A stretch of 64,000 nucleotides of DNA. Origin: Candidatus Spongiisociaceae bacterium. GTDB lineage: Bacteria; Actinomycetota; Acidimicrobiia; Spongiisociales; Spongiisociaceae. Positions within the stretch are counted from its first letter, which is position 1, and each line of letters opens with the position of its first letter. The notes under the pieces were generated by a model. The model saw only the letters and a list, made by a program, of their open reading frames with translations, was not told the DNA's origin and did no database searches. The stretch covers positions 3,392,001 to 3,456,000 of the forward strand of contig CBDCOH010000002.1 in assembly GCA_965219685.1 (NCBI GenBank). Direction: 5' to 3'. The translations under genes and the position numbers were made by a program. This document shows, in pieces, positions 47,471 through 56,676 of this stretch.

Positions 47471-48567
47471 TCCCCCGCATCCGCCGCCGCGTCGTCACCG
47501 GGACGGTCCGAGACTCCTGCCTCGCCGAACGTGGCCATCCCGGTGAGGCAAGCCGCGGCCGCTTCGATGATGCCCATGGCCAAGACGGCTCCGGTGCCTT
47601 CGCCGAGACGCATCCCGAGGTCCAGGAGCGGGTCGAGCCCCAGATGGGCCAGCACCACCCCGTGCCCGTTCTCGGCGGAACGGTGCGAGGCGATCATGTA
47701 GTCGCTGACCGCCGGGCTGAGGCCGTGGGCGATGAGTGCCGCTGCTCCCGAGATGAACCCGTCGAGCACTACCGCACGCCGCTCGGCGGCCGCCCCCAGC
47801 ACCACCCCGGCCAGCACCCCGATCTCGAACCCGCCCACCTTGGCGAGCACGTCGACCGGGTCGACCGGGTCAGGCGTGTTGACCTCCAGTGCCCTTCCCA
47901 CCACGGCGATCTTGTGCCCCAGCTCCTCGGGGCTGCGACCGGTGCCCTCCCCGGTTGTCTCTGCGGGCGGCTTGCCGGTCATCGCAGCGGCGATGGCGCT
48001 GGACGCGGTGGTGTTGCCGATGCCCATGTCCCCGGTCGCTATCAGGTCCGCCCCCGACTCCGCCACTTCGGTAGCCAGGGCCGCGCCGTCCTCGAGGCAG
48101 CGGACCGCCTGCTCCCTCGACATGGCCGGACCCCGACTCATGTCGGCCGTTCCGCGCCCGATCCGCAGGTTCCGGAGTCCGGGATGGTCGGGGAGCCTGG
48201 CCGCAGCGATCCCCGCGTCCACAACTATCTGGCGCACGCCGCCGAGACGCGCCATGACGCTAATCGCAGCCCCTCCGTCGAGGAAGTTCCGTACCATCTG
48301 GGCGGTCACCGCCTGGGGATAACCCGTGACCCCCTGAGCGACCACGCCGTGGTCCCCCGCCGCAACTATCACCGCCTTGCCCCGGATCGCCGGCTGCTCC
48401 GTCCCGAAGATCCCGGCCAGCTGCACCGAGACGTCCTCCAGCCGTCCGAGGCTGCCGGGAGGCTTGGTCAGGGACATCTGCCTCGCCATCGCACTTTCGG
48501 CCGCGCCTCGGTCTGCGGGACGTATCCGCTCCAGCATCGAGGCCAGGTTAGGGGTGAGGATGGTCAT
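47467..48567 (-). CDS. cobT: Nicotinate-nucleotide--dimethylbenzimidazole phosphoribosyltransferase
   Basis: LTKPPGSLGRLE, GDHGV, MGIGNTT, MRLGEGTGA. Confidence 0.95.
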   Translation of the reverse strand: MTILTPNLASMLERIRPADRGAAESAMARQMSLTKPPGSLGRLEDVSVQLAGIFGTEQPAIRGKAVIVAAGDHGVVAQGVTGYPQAVTAQMVRNFLDGGAAISVMARLGGVRQIVVDAGIAAARLPDHPGLRNLRIGRGTADMSRGPAMSREQAVRCLEDGAALATEVAESGADLIATGDMGIGNTTASSAIAAAMTGKPPAETTGEGTGRSPEELGHKIAVVGRALEVNTPDPVDPVDVLAKVGGFEIGVLAGVVLGAAAERRAVVLDGFISGAAALIAHGLSPAVSDYMIASHRSAENGHGVVLAHLGLDPLLDLGMRLGEGTGAVLAMGIIEAAAACLTGMATFGEAGVSDRPGDDAAADAGE

Positions 48568-48730
48568 GATGGAAGCCCGGTGCCCTTGGTCCTGGGAGGG
48601 CGAGTTCTCCGACCTAACACCGGCGACACGTTGCCCCTGCCGGTGACGCCACGCCCGCCGGGTCTCCCCGGTTGTGCGGGCGTCGCCGTCTGCGGTTACG
48701 CCTTGCGCGTTGACGCGATCCGGCGACCCT

Positions 48731-49570
48731 CTAGGTGGTCGTGGCGAGGAACTCCGAGAGGACCGTGTTGAATCGATCCGGGTACTCCCAGAACATCATG
48801 TGACCGCCAAAGGCCTCGACGCGCGAATTCGGGCAATGCGTGGCGAGGTACCGCTTGGCCGTCGCCGCCCAGTGATCAGCTACGACGAACAACGACGGCA
48901 CGTCACCGTCCACCGCTTTGGCTTCCTCCTGATAGTTCGAAAAACATGCATCGGCGAGCAGGCCGGCAGCCATCAGAGGCGGTGTCGAGAGCGTCTGCTC
49001 GACGATCCAGGCGGTCAGCTCAGGTGACATCTCCTGCTCGATCATGACGTTGTCGGCATACCACGTTATGAGAGCGCGCAGCCCCTGTGATGTCTGGATC
49101 CCCTGATAGAAGCCTGCCAGTTCGGCTATCGAACCTTCCATCCACACGTCGTCGCAGCTCATCCCGATCGGCGGCATATCCACAGAGACATGGGCTCGTA
49201 GACCGGAGGCGCCGTGATCTCGGACATAATGCCAGGTGGTCGACGATCCGGTCGACCATCCGAGGAGCACCGGGTTCTCGACATCGAGATGCGCCAGCAG
49301 CTTGGCCAGGTCCGCGGCTTGGGTGGCGTAGTTGTTGCCCTCCAGCGTCACCGTCGAGCGACCCTGGCTTCGAGGGTCGAAGGATATGACCCGATGGCTC
49401 TTGGAGAACTCCGCGAACTGGTGGTCAAAGACCTTTGTCGTAAACGTCCAGCCGGGGACAAGAACTAGAGGGACACCGTCGCCTTCCTCTTCGTAATAGA
49501 TCTCGACGCCTGGTGCCACCTCTACGTAGTCGTGAATACGGTGACTTTGCGCGCTGACTGCTCCCGACAT
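48731..49570 (-). CDS. Alpha/beta hydrolase (non-heme haloperoxidase-like)
   Basis: PGW oxyanion loop, GWSTG nucleophile elbow, GHMMFWE. Confidence 0.85.
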   Translation of the reverse strand: MSGAVSAQSHRIHDYVEVAPGVEIYYEEEGDGVPLVLVPGWTFTTKVFDHQFAEFSKSHRVISFDPRSQGRSTVTLEGNNYATQAADLAKLLAHLDVENPVLLGWSTGSSTTWHYVRDHGASGLRAHVSVDMPPIGMSCDDVWMEGSIAELAGFYQGIQTSQGLRALITWYADNVMIEQEMSPELTAWIVEQTLSTPPLMAAGLLADACFSNYQEEAKAVDGDVPSLFVVADHWAATAKRYLATHCPNSRVEAFGGHMMFWEYPDRFNTVLSEFLATTT

Positions 49571-49821
49571 TTGTTCGTACCTCCCGAGTGATGTGGCAAG
49601 GGCATGTACGACGTTAGACCGACTGTGCACATCTCGTCGGGCGCCTCCGTGGTGACCGTTCGGGGGACGGCACTTCCCTTCCTTCTTCGCGATGCCTCGA
49701 AGGTTGCCGCCATTGCGCGGATCGGACAGCCTGAGGAGCGCAGGGCGCGTGCCTCGTCATCTAAGTGAACAGGGCCGGGCCTCCGCTTGTCGACCAGCCA
49801 CCAGCCACCGGCCCCGCTATA

Positions 49822-49950
49822 GTTCGTGCCCGGCCCGGGGAGACAACCGGGCGCCATGGGGAACAGCGAAGTCCGGTGGAAGCCCGGCGCTGTCCCGCAA
49901 CTGTCATGCCTCTCTCGCGCAGGGAGGACGAGCCAGGACGCCTGACCCCA
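49822..49950 (+). ncRNA. Cobalamin riboswitch upstream of btuFCD-btuR
   Basis: GAAGTCCGGTGGAAGCCCGGCGCTGTCCCGCAACTGT core and GAGCCAGGACGCCTG B12-box. Confidence 0.88.
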
Positions 49951-50052
49951 TGGTCACGAATCAGCTCTCGGAGGAAGGGTTGGTCGTGCAGGGGCTCATA
50001 GCGAGAACCCGGACGATCTCTCTTCATCCTCCGATCAAGGAGGATGTTTTCT

Positions 50053-51081
50053 ATGCGGCGGACACAGCTGCTGGTTGTAGTCCTGCTGCTCGCCACGGCG
50101 TGCGGCGGGCAGGAAGCGGCAACCACCCGGGCGAGCACCACCCTCGCCACCACGACTACCACCGGCGCGGTCGCCACGACCGCCGTGGCGGTCTCGACCA
50201 CCAGCCCGCCCACGACGGCGGCATCGACCACCACCGTTCCACCGGCGGAGGAGGCGCCGGAGCCGGACTTCCCGGTGACCGTGTCGGGCGCCGAGATCCG
50301 GGCGCGTCCCGAGGCGATCGTGTCCCTGTCGCCGACCGCCACCGAGACGCTCTTCGCCATCGGAGCCAGCGACCAGGTCATCGCTGTAGACCGGACTTCG
50401 GACTATCCGGAGGAAGCCCCGCTCACGGACCTGGACGGTTTCAACCCCAACCTGGAGGCCATCGCCTCCTACGACCCGGACCTGGTGGTGATCGCATTCG
50501 ATCCCGGCGAACTGGTCTCCGGGCTCGGCGCTCTCGATATCCCGGTGATCCTGCATCCGGCCGCACCCGACATCGACACCGCCTACTCGCAGATGGCGGA
50601 GCTAGGCACGGCAACCGGACATGCCGAGGCTGCCGCCGACCTGGTGGCTGCGCTCCAAGCGGAGATCGACCAGATAGTGACCGGGTTCGGAAGCGGTACC
50701 GAGGGCATCACCTATTACCACGAGGTGGACAACACTTTCTACACGGCTACCTCGGCCACGTTCATCGGCCAGGTCTACTCCCTGTTCGGCCTGGAGAACA
50801 TCGCCGACCCGGCCGACACCGAGGGCTGGGGCTACCCGCAGCTGTCGGTCGAGTACATCCTGGAGTCGGATCCGGACGTCATCTTCTTCGGGTGCGCCGT
50901 CTGGTGCGGCACCACTGCCGACAGCCTGGCCGAACGCCCCGGTTGGAGCGGCCTGACCGCCGTGCAGAACGGTCTGCTGGTGGAGGTGGATGACGACATC
51001 AGCAGCCGGTGGGGTCCTCGCCTGATCCAGTTCGTCCGCCTGATCGGGTACACGCTGGCCGACATGTACGGGATCGGTTGA
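50053..51081 (+). CDS. btuF: Cobalamin ABC transporter substrate-binding lipoprotein
   Basis: Lipobox LATACG, IVSLSPTATETLFAIGA, SRWGPR; riboswitch upstream. Confidence 0.85.
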   Translation: MRRTQLLVVVLLLATACGGQEAATTRASTTLATTTTTGAVATTAVAVSTTSPPTTAASTTTVPPAEEAPEPDFPVTVSGAEIRARPEAIVSLSPTATETLFAIGASDQVIAVDRTSDYPEEAPLTDLDGFNPNLEAIASYDPDLVVIAFDPGELVSGLGALDIPVILHPAAPDIDTAYSQMAELGTATGHAEAAADLVAALQAEIDQIVTGFGSGTEGITYYHEVDNTFYTATSATFIGQVYSLFGLENIADPADTEGWGYPQLSVEYILESDPDVIFFGCAVWCGTTADSLAERPGWSGLTAVQNGLLVEVDDDISSRWGPRLIQFVRLIGYTLADMYGIG

Positions 51082-51085
51082 CGAC

Positions 51086-52117
51086 TTGGCCGTCCCACCG
51101 CCCCCGCTTCGTGATCCCACCCGGCTCCGGTGGGGATGGTTCCTGGCCGCCTGTGCGGCGCTGCTCGTCTCGGCCCTCGCCGGAATCACCGTCGGACCGG
51201 CCGGATTGACTCCCGGACAGGTGATTGGTGAGCTGGTCGCCGGCGGATCGGAACTGTCCGCCACCCAGCGGGCGATCATCTGGGACATCCGGCTTCCCCG
51301 GGTGGTCCTGGGTGGGTTGGTGGGAAGCCTCCTCTCCCTGGCCGGGGCCTCCTACCAGGGTGTCTTCCGCAACCCCCTCGCCGATCCCTACCTCCTCGGA
51401 GTTGCGGCCGGAGGGGGCCTCGGCGCCACCGCCGCCATCGTGCTGTGGCCCTCGGCCGATGCCCGGTTGCTCCCCGTGGCCGCCTTCGCCGGGGCGCTGG
51501 CGGCGGCCGGCCTGACCTACGCGGTCGGGCGCTCGGTGGGCGGGCGGAGCGCGGTGTCACTTATCCTGGCCGGCGTTGCGGTAGCCGCCTTCTTCACCGC
51601 TCTCCAAACCTTCGTTCTCCAGCGGAACTCCGAAACCATCCGCCAGGTCTACTCCTGGATCCTCGGACGGCTGGCCACCACCGGCTGGAAGGAGGTTCTG
51701 GTGATGGTCCCGTACGCGCTGGCGTGCGGCGCCGGCCTGATGCTGCACCGGCGGCTGCTCGACGTGCTGAGCGTCGGTGACGAGGAGGCCGAGAGCCTCG
51801 GTGTCTCGTCGTCCCGGGTACGCACCACTGTGGTGGTACTGGCCACGCTGGCCACCGCAGCGGCGGTCGCGGTCAGCGGCCTGATCGCGTTCGTCGGCCT
51901 GGTGGTTCCCCATACCGTACGGTTGCTGGTCGGAACGAGTTACCGCTCCTTGATCCCGATCTCCGCCGTGGCCGGCGGCGCGTTCCTCATCCTGGCCGAT
52001 ATGGCCGCCAGAACCGTGCTGAGCCCGCTGGAGCTTCCCATCGGAGTGATTACCGCCTTCATCGGCGCCCCCTTCTTCATGGCGGTTCTCCGGACCAGCC
52101 GGCGGTACGTGACATGA
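51086..52117 (+). CDS. btuC: Cobalamin ABC permease (FecCD family)
   Basis: IRLPRV, FRNPLADPYLLG, IAFVGLVVPH. Confidence 0.85.
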   Translation: MAVPPPPLRDPTRLRWGWFLAACAALLVSALAGITVGPAGLTPGQVIGELVAGGSELSATQRAIIWDIRLPRVVLGGLVGSLLSLAGASYQGVFRNPLADPYLLGVAAGGGLGATAAIVLWPSADARLLPVAAFAGALAAAGLTYAVGRSVGGRSAVSLILAGVAVAAFFTALQTFVLQRNSETIRQVYSWILGRLATTGWKEVLVMVPYALACGAGLMLHRRLLDVLSVGDEEAESLGVSSSRVRTTVVVLATLATAAAVAVSGLIAFVGLVVPHTVRLLVGTSYRSLIPISAVAGGAFLILADMAARTVLSPLELPIGVITAFIGAPFFMAVLRTSRRYVT

Positions 52118-52890
52118 TCTCCGTCGACGCTCTCACCATCGCCTACCAGGCAGGACAACCGGTGCTGCGGGACGTGGGCTTCGCGGTGGAGGAAGGAGAG
52201 TGGCTGGGCCTGCTGGGGCCGAACGGCGCCGGGAAGTCGACCCTGCTCAGGGCGATTGCCGGGCTCCTCCCCCATCAAGGCTCCATCCGGCTCGGCTCGG
52301 CCGACTCCGGCTCGCTGCGCCGCCGGGATCGCGCCCGGTCGGTAGCGCTTGTGCCGCAGGAACCGGTCATGCCCGGGGGAATGACGGTGATCGAGTACGT
52401 CTTGCTGGGACGCACTCCGCACCTGCACTATCTCGGGTCGGAAGGCGCGGCCGACCTGGCGCAGGCGCAACTCGCGATGGAAATGCTCGACCTCAAGCGC
52501 CTGGCGGACCGCATGCTCTCGCAGCTGAGCGGCGGCGAGCGGCGCCGCGTCGCCCTGGCCCGCGCCATCTGCCAGCAGGCGGAGGTCCTGCTCCTGGACG
52601 AACCGACCGGCGCGCTGGACATCGGCCAGGGCCAGAAGGCTCTGGAACTGATCGCCCATCTGCGCAGCCTTCGGCCGATGACCATCATCACGGCCATGCA
52701 CGACCTCACCCTGGCAGGACAGTTCCCGGACCGCCTGATACTGCTTGCGGATGGTCGGGTCGTGGCGGACGGGCCTCCGGCCCGCGTGCTCACCCCGGAA
52801 CACATCCGGGCCATCTACCGGGCTAGCGTGGAGGTGGTGAACGTAAACGGAGGACTCGCCGTAGTCCCGATGAGGACCGGTACTCGATGA
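52114..52890 (+). CDS. btuD: Cobalamin ABC ATP-binding protein
   Basis: GPNGAGKS, LSGGE, LLDEPT, HDL. Confidence 0.85.
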   Translation: MISVDALTIAYQAGQPVLRDVGFAVEEGEWLGLLGPNGAGKSTLLRAIAGLLPHQGSIRLGSADSGSLRRRDRARSVALVPQEPVMPGGMTVIEYVLLGRTPHLHYLGSEGAADLAQAQLAMEMLDLKRLADRMLSQLSGGERRRVALARAICQQAEVLLLDEPTGALDIGQGQKALELIAHLRSLRPMTIITAMHDLTLAGQFPDRLILLADGRVVADGPPARVLTPEHIRAIYRASVEVVNVNGGLAVVPMRTGTR

Positions 52891-53453
52891 CCAGCGCACC
52901 ACTCGCCGACGACCCCCGCCGTCCGGACACCCGCCGGGCCCGCTCCGTGTTGATCGTCAACACCGGGGACGGGAAGGGTAAGAGCACCGCCGCCATGGGC
53001 ATGGTGATGCGATCGGTGGCGCGTGGATGGAAGGTCGCTGTGGTCCAGTTCATCAAGTCGGGCGATTGGAAAGTGGGCGAGGAGAAGATGGGGCGACGGC
53101 TTGGCGTCGACTGGGACGCCGGGGGTGACGGGTTCTCCTGGGATAGCGAGGACCTCGACCGCTCGGCTGATCTGAACCGGGACGCCTGGCGACTGGCCAA
53201 GATGCGGATCGAGGAGGGAAAGCACCGCCTCGTGGTCCTCGACGAGATCACCTACCCCATCAACTGGGGCTGGATCGAAGAGGACGAGGTGGTCTCCACC
53301 CTCGCCGGCAGGCCGGCCAACGTCAACGTGGTCGTCACCGGCCGCGACGCCCCGGCCGGCCTGATCGAGATCGCCGACACCGTCACCGAGATGACCCTCG
53401 TCAAGCATGCCTATGACCAAGGCATCAGTGCTATCCGCGGTATCGATTTCTGA
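52887..53453 (+). CDS. cobO: Cob(I)yrinic acid a,c-diamide adenosyltransferase
   Basis: TGDGKGKSTAAMG, QFIKS, VLDEI, VTGRDAP. Confidence 0.93.
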   Translation: MTSAPLADDPRRPDTRRARSVLIVNTGDGKGKSTAAMGMVMRSVARGWKVAVVQFIKSGDWKVGEEKMGRRLGVDWDAGGDGFSWDSEDLDRSADLNRDAWRLAKMRIEEGKHRLVVLDEITYPINWGWIEEDEVVSTLAGRPANVNVVVTGRDAPAGLIEIADTVTEMTLVKHAYDQGISAIRGIDF

Positions 53454-53512
53454 CCGCTTTGCCGGGCCAAATGCAATCGAACGTCCCCGTTTCGATTGCC
53501 GTCAGTGCACTG

Positions 53513-53947
53513 TCATGCAGGACATGGCATCTCACGAAGGCCGTTTCTCGTTACGGCATACATCCACGGTGGCTTCTCGTCCAACAGTTTCTGTATGGCG
53601 TCCCATCGCGCCACGAACACGCGAAGTTGCTCCCATACAGCGAGATTACCGACTGTCGTGAGCACGAGAACGCGTAGCGGATGCGAGGCGAGGGCCTCCC
53701 GCTCAGCGGGTCGATGACGAATCTTCTTGTCCCGGGCCACGACGACCCACCCCTGCGCGGACGCCACCGGTATCCGCTCCACGTCCTCAGTACCGACCGG
53801 CACGGGCGAGCGATCATGACCCGGGTAGATACAGTCGCCACGTGCTACAGCCATCACCTGCCCGATGCCGAGCGCGCTCTCGTCGAAGAAGAATCGGATG
53901 GGACCCTCCCGTCTGACGCGCCAGGGGAGTTCGACCGGCCCCGTCAC
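53513..53947 (-). CDS. VapC45-like PIN toxin
   Basis: FFFDES, GWVVVARDKKIRHRPAE; coupled to a DUF433 gene as in Rv2018/Rv2019. Confidence 0.78.
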   Translation of the reverse strand: MTGPVELPWRVRREGPIRFFFDESALGIGQVMAVARGDCIYPGHDRSPVPVGTEDVERIPVASAQGWVVVARDKKIRHRPAEREALASHPLRVLVLTTVGNLAVWEQLRVFVARWDAIQKLLDEKPPWMYAVTRNGLREMPCPA

Positions 53948-54636
53948 GCCGCCCGGAGATACCGTGTCTCGAACTCGACTGCCGTGTTGATGTCCAGTCC
54001 GGTGACTCCGTAATCGCGATAGATGTCTCTGATCGCGGAGGGCGGCTCGCCAGCAAGGTACAGCTCAGTTATGACCTCGGTGCGAACCCTCCTAACAGTC
54101 GGGACTCCGAACGAGAAACGGGGGTTCACGTAGACGGGCACCTGTACTTCCATGACGACGTAGCGCACGGCTTCTTCCGTTGCCTCGTCAAACTCGACGC
54201 GCCTGCAGAAGGTCGCTGCAGGTTCGCTGAGCACGAGCTGACCGGAACCGACAACCATCCATAAGTCCTCAGGGATCTCCAGCCGGTGCTGCATCTCCGC
54301 AACGAGTTCGCGGCCCGCTATGAGAGGTCTTGAGACAGCAAACGGGAAAGCCGTGTCGAACTCGCGGCTAAGCACCTCCCGCAAGGGGCGAAGGCGTTGC
54401 AGAGGTAGGTGCTCGCGGTATTCTCGAAGGTAGGCCGCTTCGACGAACTCGCCCCACGACACCCGAGAGTCGCCGGTGGGGCTGCTGCGAAGGACGGGCG
54501 GATACTGCTTCGAGCCCCGAGTGGCGCCCTCAAGCCACCACCGGAGTTTCGAGGGTGAGATGCGGAGCAGCCGCGCTGCTTCGGAGAGACTGTAGGTGGG
54601 TCGGGCCAGCAGGGAGATCATCCTTCGCTCCTCCAT
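53944..54636 (-). CDS. VapB45-like antitoxin (HTH + DUF433)
   Basis: YSLSEAARLL, SWGEFVEA, VNPRFSFGVPTV...AVEFE. Confidence 0.82.
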   Translation of the reverse strand: MEERRMISLLARPTYSLSEAARLLRISPSKLRWWLEGATRGSKQYPPVLRSSPTGDSRVSWGEFVEAAYLREYREHLPLQRLRPLREVLSREFDTAFPFAVSRPLIAGRELVAEMQHRLEIPEDLWMVVGSGQLVLSEPAATFCRRVEFDEATEEAVRYVVMEVQVPVYVNPRFSFGVPTVRRVRTEVITELYLAGEPPSAIRDIYRDYGVTGLDINTAVEFETRYLRAA

Positions 54637-54745
54637 GACAACCGAGAGCGTAGCCCTCCCGGTCAGCTGATGGAAGAACCCTTCAGCCGAGACAGCATTT
54701 CACGCTCGCGCCACATTGGTTGTGAACTTCTCTAAACTGCCGCCC

Positions 54746-54874
54746 ATGAAGTTCCGTTTCGTGCTCGTTCTAGTGGCCTTCGTCGTGGTCGCCATCTTCG
54801 CCACTCGCCGACCTCGGATCGTAAAACCGCCCCCGGAACGCGGGACCTGGACACCGGTTCCATCCGATCGGTGA
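54746..54874 (+). CDS. Small 42-aa single-TM protein (not in the ORF track)
   Basis: MKFRFVLVLVAFVVVAIFATRRPRIVKPPPERGTWTPVPSDR*; its stop overlaps the next GTG start (GTGA). Confidence 0.55.
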   Translation: MKFRFVLVLVAFVVVAIFATRRPRIVKPPPERGTWTPVPSDR

Positions 54875-55623
54875 CCATCCACATTGCTCTCCACGTACCC
54901 GGTCCGCCGGGGATCCGCGTGCGAAAGGCGCTGCTTGCCGAACCGGACGTCGAAACCCGCATCCTCCATGAAGAGCCTGGTCAGCAAGGAACCGCCGGCG
55001 GGGCCTCGGGCGTGTCCGGCTGCGATGTGCTCGCGGTGCACAGGATTTCCAGCAGGACGCGTCCGCTTATGGACGAAGCCGTCTCCAAGGGCATCCCTGT
55101 GGTGGTCGCCGAGGACCTTACGGCTCGATACCCGATAGGCGGCGGCACATTCGTGACGCGGGCGCGCCGGGAGGCCGGTCTGGCCGCCGCCGTAGCGCTG
55201 TCGATAGTCGATCGGGCCGCCCCGCCCGTCGAAACCCGCCTTGCTTGGACGGTCCCGGGTCGTCCGCTGGGGGCCGGCCTACCGGTCACTTTCCCGGAGC
55301 CTATGGGTCCCCAATGGGCGGGTCGGGACGAGAGCCCTCTGCCCTGGCCGTCGGTGACCTGCCTCGCAGCACCGGTCCATTCCCAGTGGATGGGTATCGC
55401 GATCCGCATGAGAACCAACGAGGACGGTAGAGAACGGGTCCGTACGCTCGGCATCACTGACGAGGCGGCATTTCTCAAAGGACTCTGCATGGTATCCGCC
55501 ACTCTCGCTGCCGCCCGCGGTGCGTACCCACCGGGAGTGAGTACTCCGGGCGATCCCGGCGGAGTATTCATGAAGCTGGCCCGGGCCGCAGGTCTGGAGA
55601 TAGCCGAATTCACACCCGATTGA
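54871..55623 (+). CDS. Hypothetical protein, possibly a degenerate Rossmann-like/saccharopine dehydrogenase-like fold
   Basis: Long ORF with plausible composition; no firm motif. Confidence 0.55.
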   Translation: MTIHIALHVPGPPGIRVRKALLAEPDVETRILHEEPGQQGTAGGASGVSGCDVLAVHRISSRTRPLMDEAVSKGIPVVVAEDLTARYPIGGGTFVTRARREAGLAAAVALSIVDRAAPPVETRLAWTVPGRPLGAGLPVTFPEPMGPQWAGRDESPLPWPSVTCLAAPVHSQWMGIAIRMRTNEDGRERVRTLGITDEAAFLKGLCMVSATLAAARGAYPPGVSTPGDPGGVFMKLARAAGLEIAEFTPD

Positions 55624-55810
55624 GTGGTGGCTGGTGGCTGGTGGGCCGACCGGACAGTCGACCACGAACCTGGAGCCCCCAGCGGTCGTCGGTGACCGGC
55701 GCTTTCGTCGTTTGTTCTTGAACGGTATTAGGCCGGATTTACTGGACAGTAACGTTTGTACCACGTCGTACCATTATTGACAGTTGGTTTATTCACCACT
55801 CACCACTCAC
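55621..55810. repeat. Convergent intergenic region bounded by opposed 7-bp repeats
   Basis: Left TGAGTGG TGGCTGG TGGCTGG TGG; right TTCACCA CTCACCA CTCAC. Confidence 0.75.
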
Positions 55811-56676
55811 TACAACCGCGGGTTGATCCGTTCCTCCAGCGAGAATGCGATGAGGGCGAACCCGAGAGATGCAAGCATGATCAGCAGGCCCGGGGGCAGA
55901 ACCCACCACTTCCAGGCCGGCGTCAGGAAGGCGCCGCGCGCTTGGGCCCAGAACAAGGTCGAGCCCCAGCTCTTCTGGATGGGATCACCGAGACCGAGGA
56001 AGCTCAGCGCGGCCTCCAGCAGTATCGCGCTCGAGACCGCCCGGACGAAAGATCCAGTCGCCAGCAGCGCCGTACGGGGAACGATGTGCCGGAGGATCGT
56101 CCAGCGGTCCGGCGCCCCCATCGAACGAGCCGCCAGCACGTACTCCCTCGACCTGAGGGACAGGACCTGCGAACGGATGATCCGGGCGGGCTCGGCCCAG
56201 ATGAGCACCGCGATGACCAGGATCGTGTTCAGAAGGCTCCTGCCCAGGTAGGCGGCCAGCACTATGAGCAGCGGCAGGAACGGCAGGATGAGGATCACGT
56301 CGACCCCCCGCATCAGGGCCGCCCCCAACCGTCTGGGGTAGTAACCGGCCAGAACCCCGACCGTCGTCCCGATCAGCAGGGCGACCGCCGCCGCGACTAT
56401 CCCCACCGACAGGGACACCCGTGTTCCGAACATGATCTCCGAGAGGAGGTCCTGGCCGACATCGTTGGTACCCAGCAGGTGCTCGCCGCTGGGGGGCAGG
56501 AAGGGTGTGGCAACCCGCTCGGAAGGGTCGTACGGCGCCAACCACGGCGCCAGGATCGCCGTGAATAGCAACGCACCCACGATCACCGCGCCAGCCACAC
56601 CGAGGATCCTGGGGAGCCGGGAACGTCGCCGCATGGTGCGCTTGGCCGCTCTACCCTCGATGCCGGTAGCGGTCAC
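55810..56676 (-). CDS. Peptide/nickel-type ABC permease (DppC-like)
   Basis: HLLGTNDVGQD, EYVLAARSMGA, ALSFLGLG. Confidence 0.9.
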   Translation of the reverse strand: MTATGIEGRAAKRTMRRRSRLPRILGVAGAVIVGALLFTAILAPWLAPYDPSERVATPFLPPSGEHLLGTNDVGQDLLSEIMFGTRVSLSVGIVAAAVALLIGTTVGVLAGYYPRRLGAALMRGVDVILILPFLPLLIVLAAYLGRSLLNTILVIAVLIWAEPARIIRSQVLSLRSREYVLAARSMGAPDRWTILRHIVPRTALLATGSFVRAVSSAILLEAALSFLGLGDPIQKSWGSTLFWAQARGAFLTPAWKWWVLPPGLLIMLASLGFALIAFSLEERINPRL

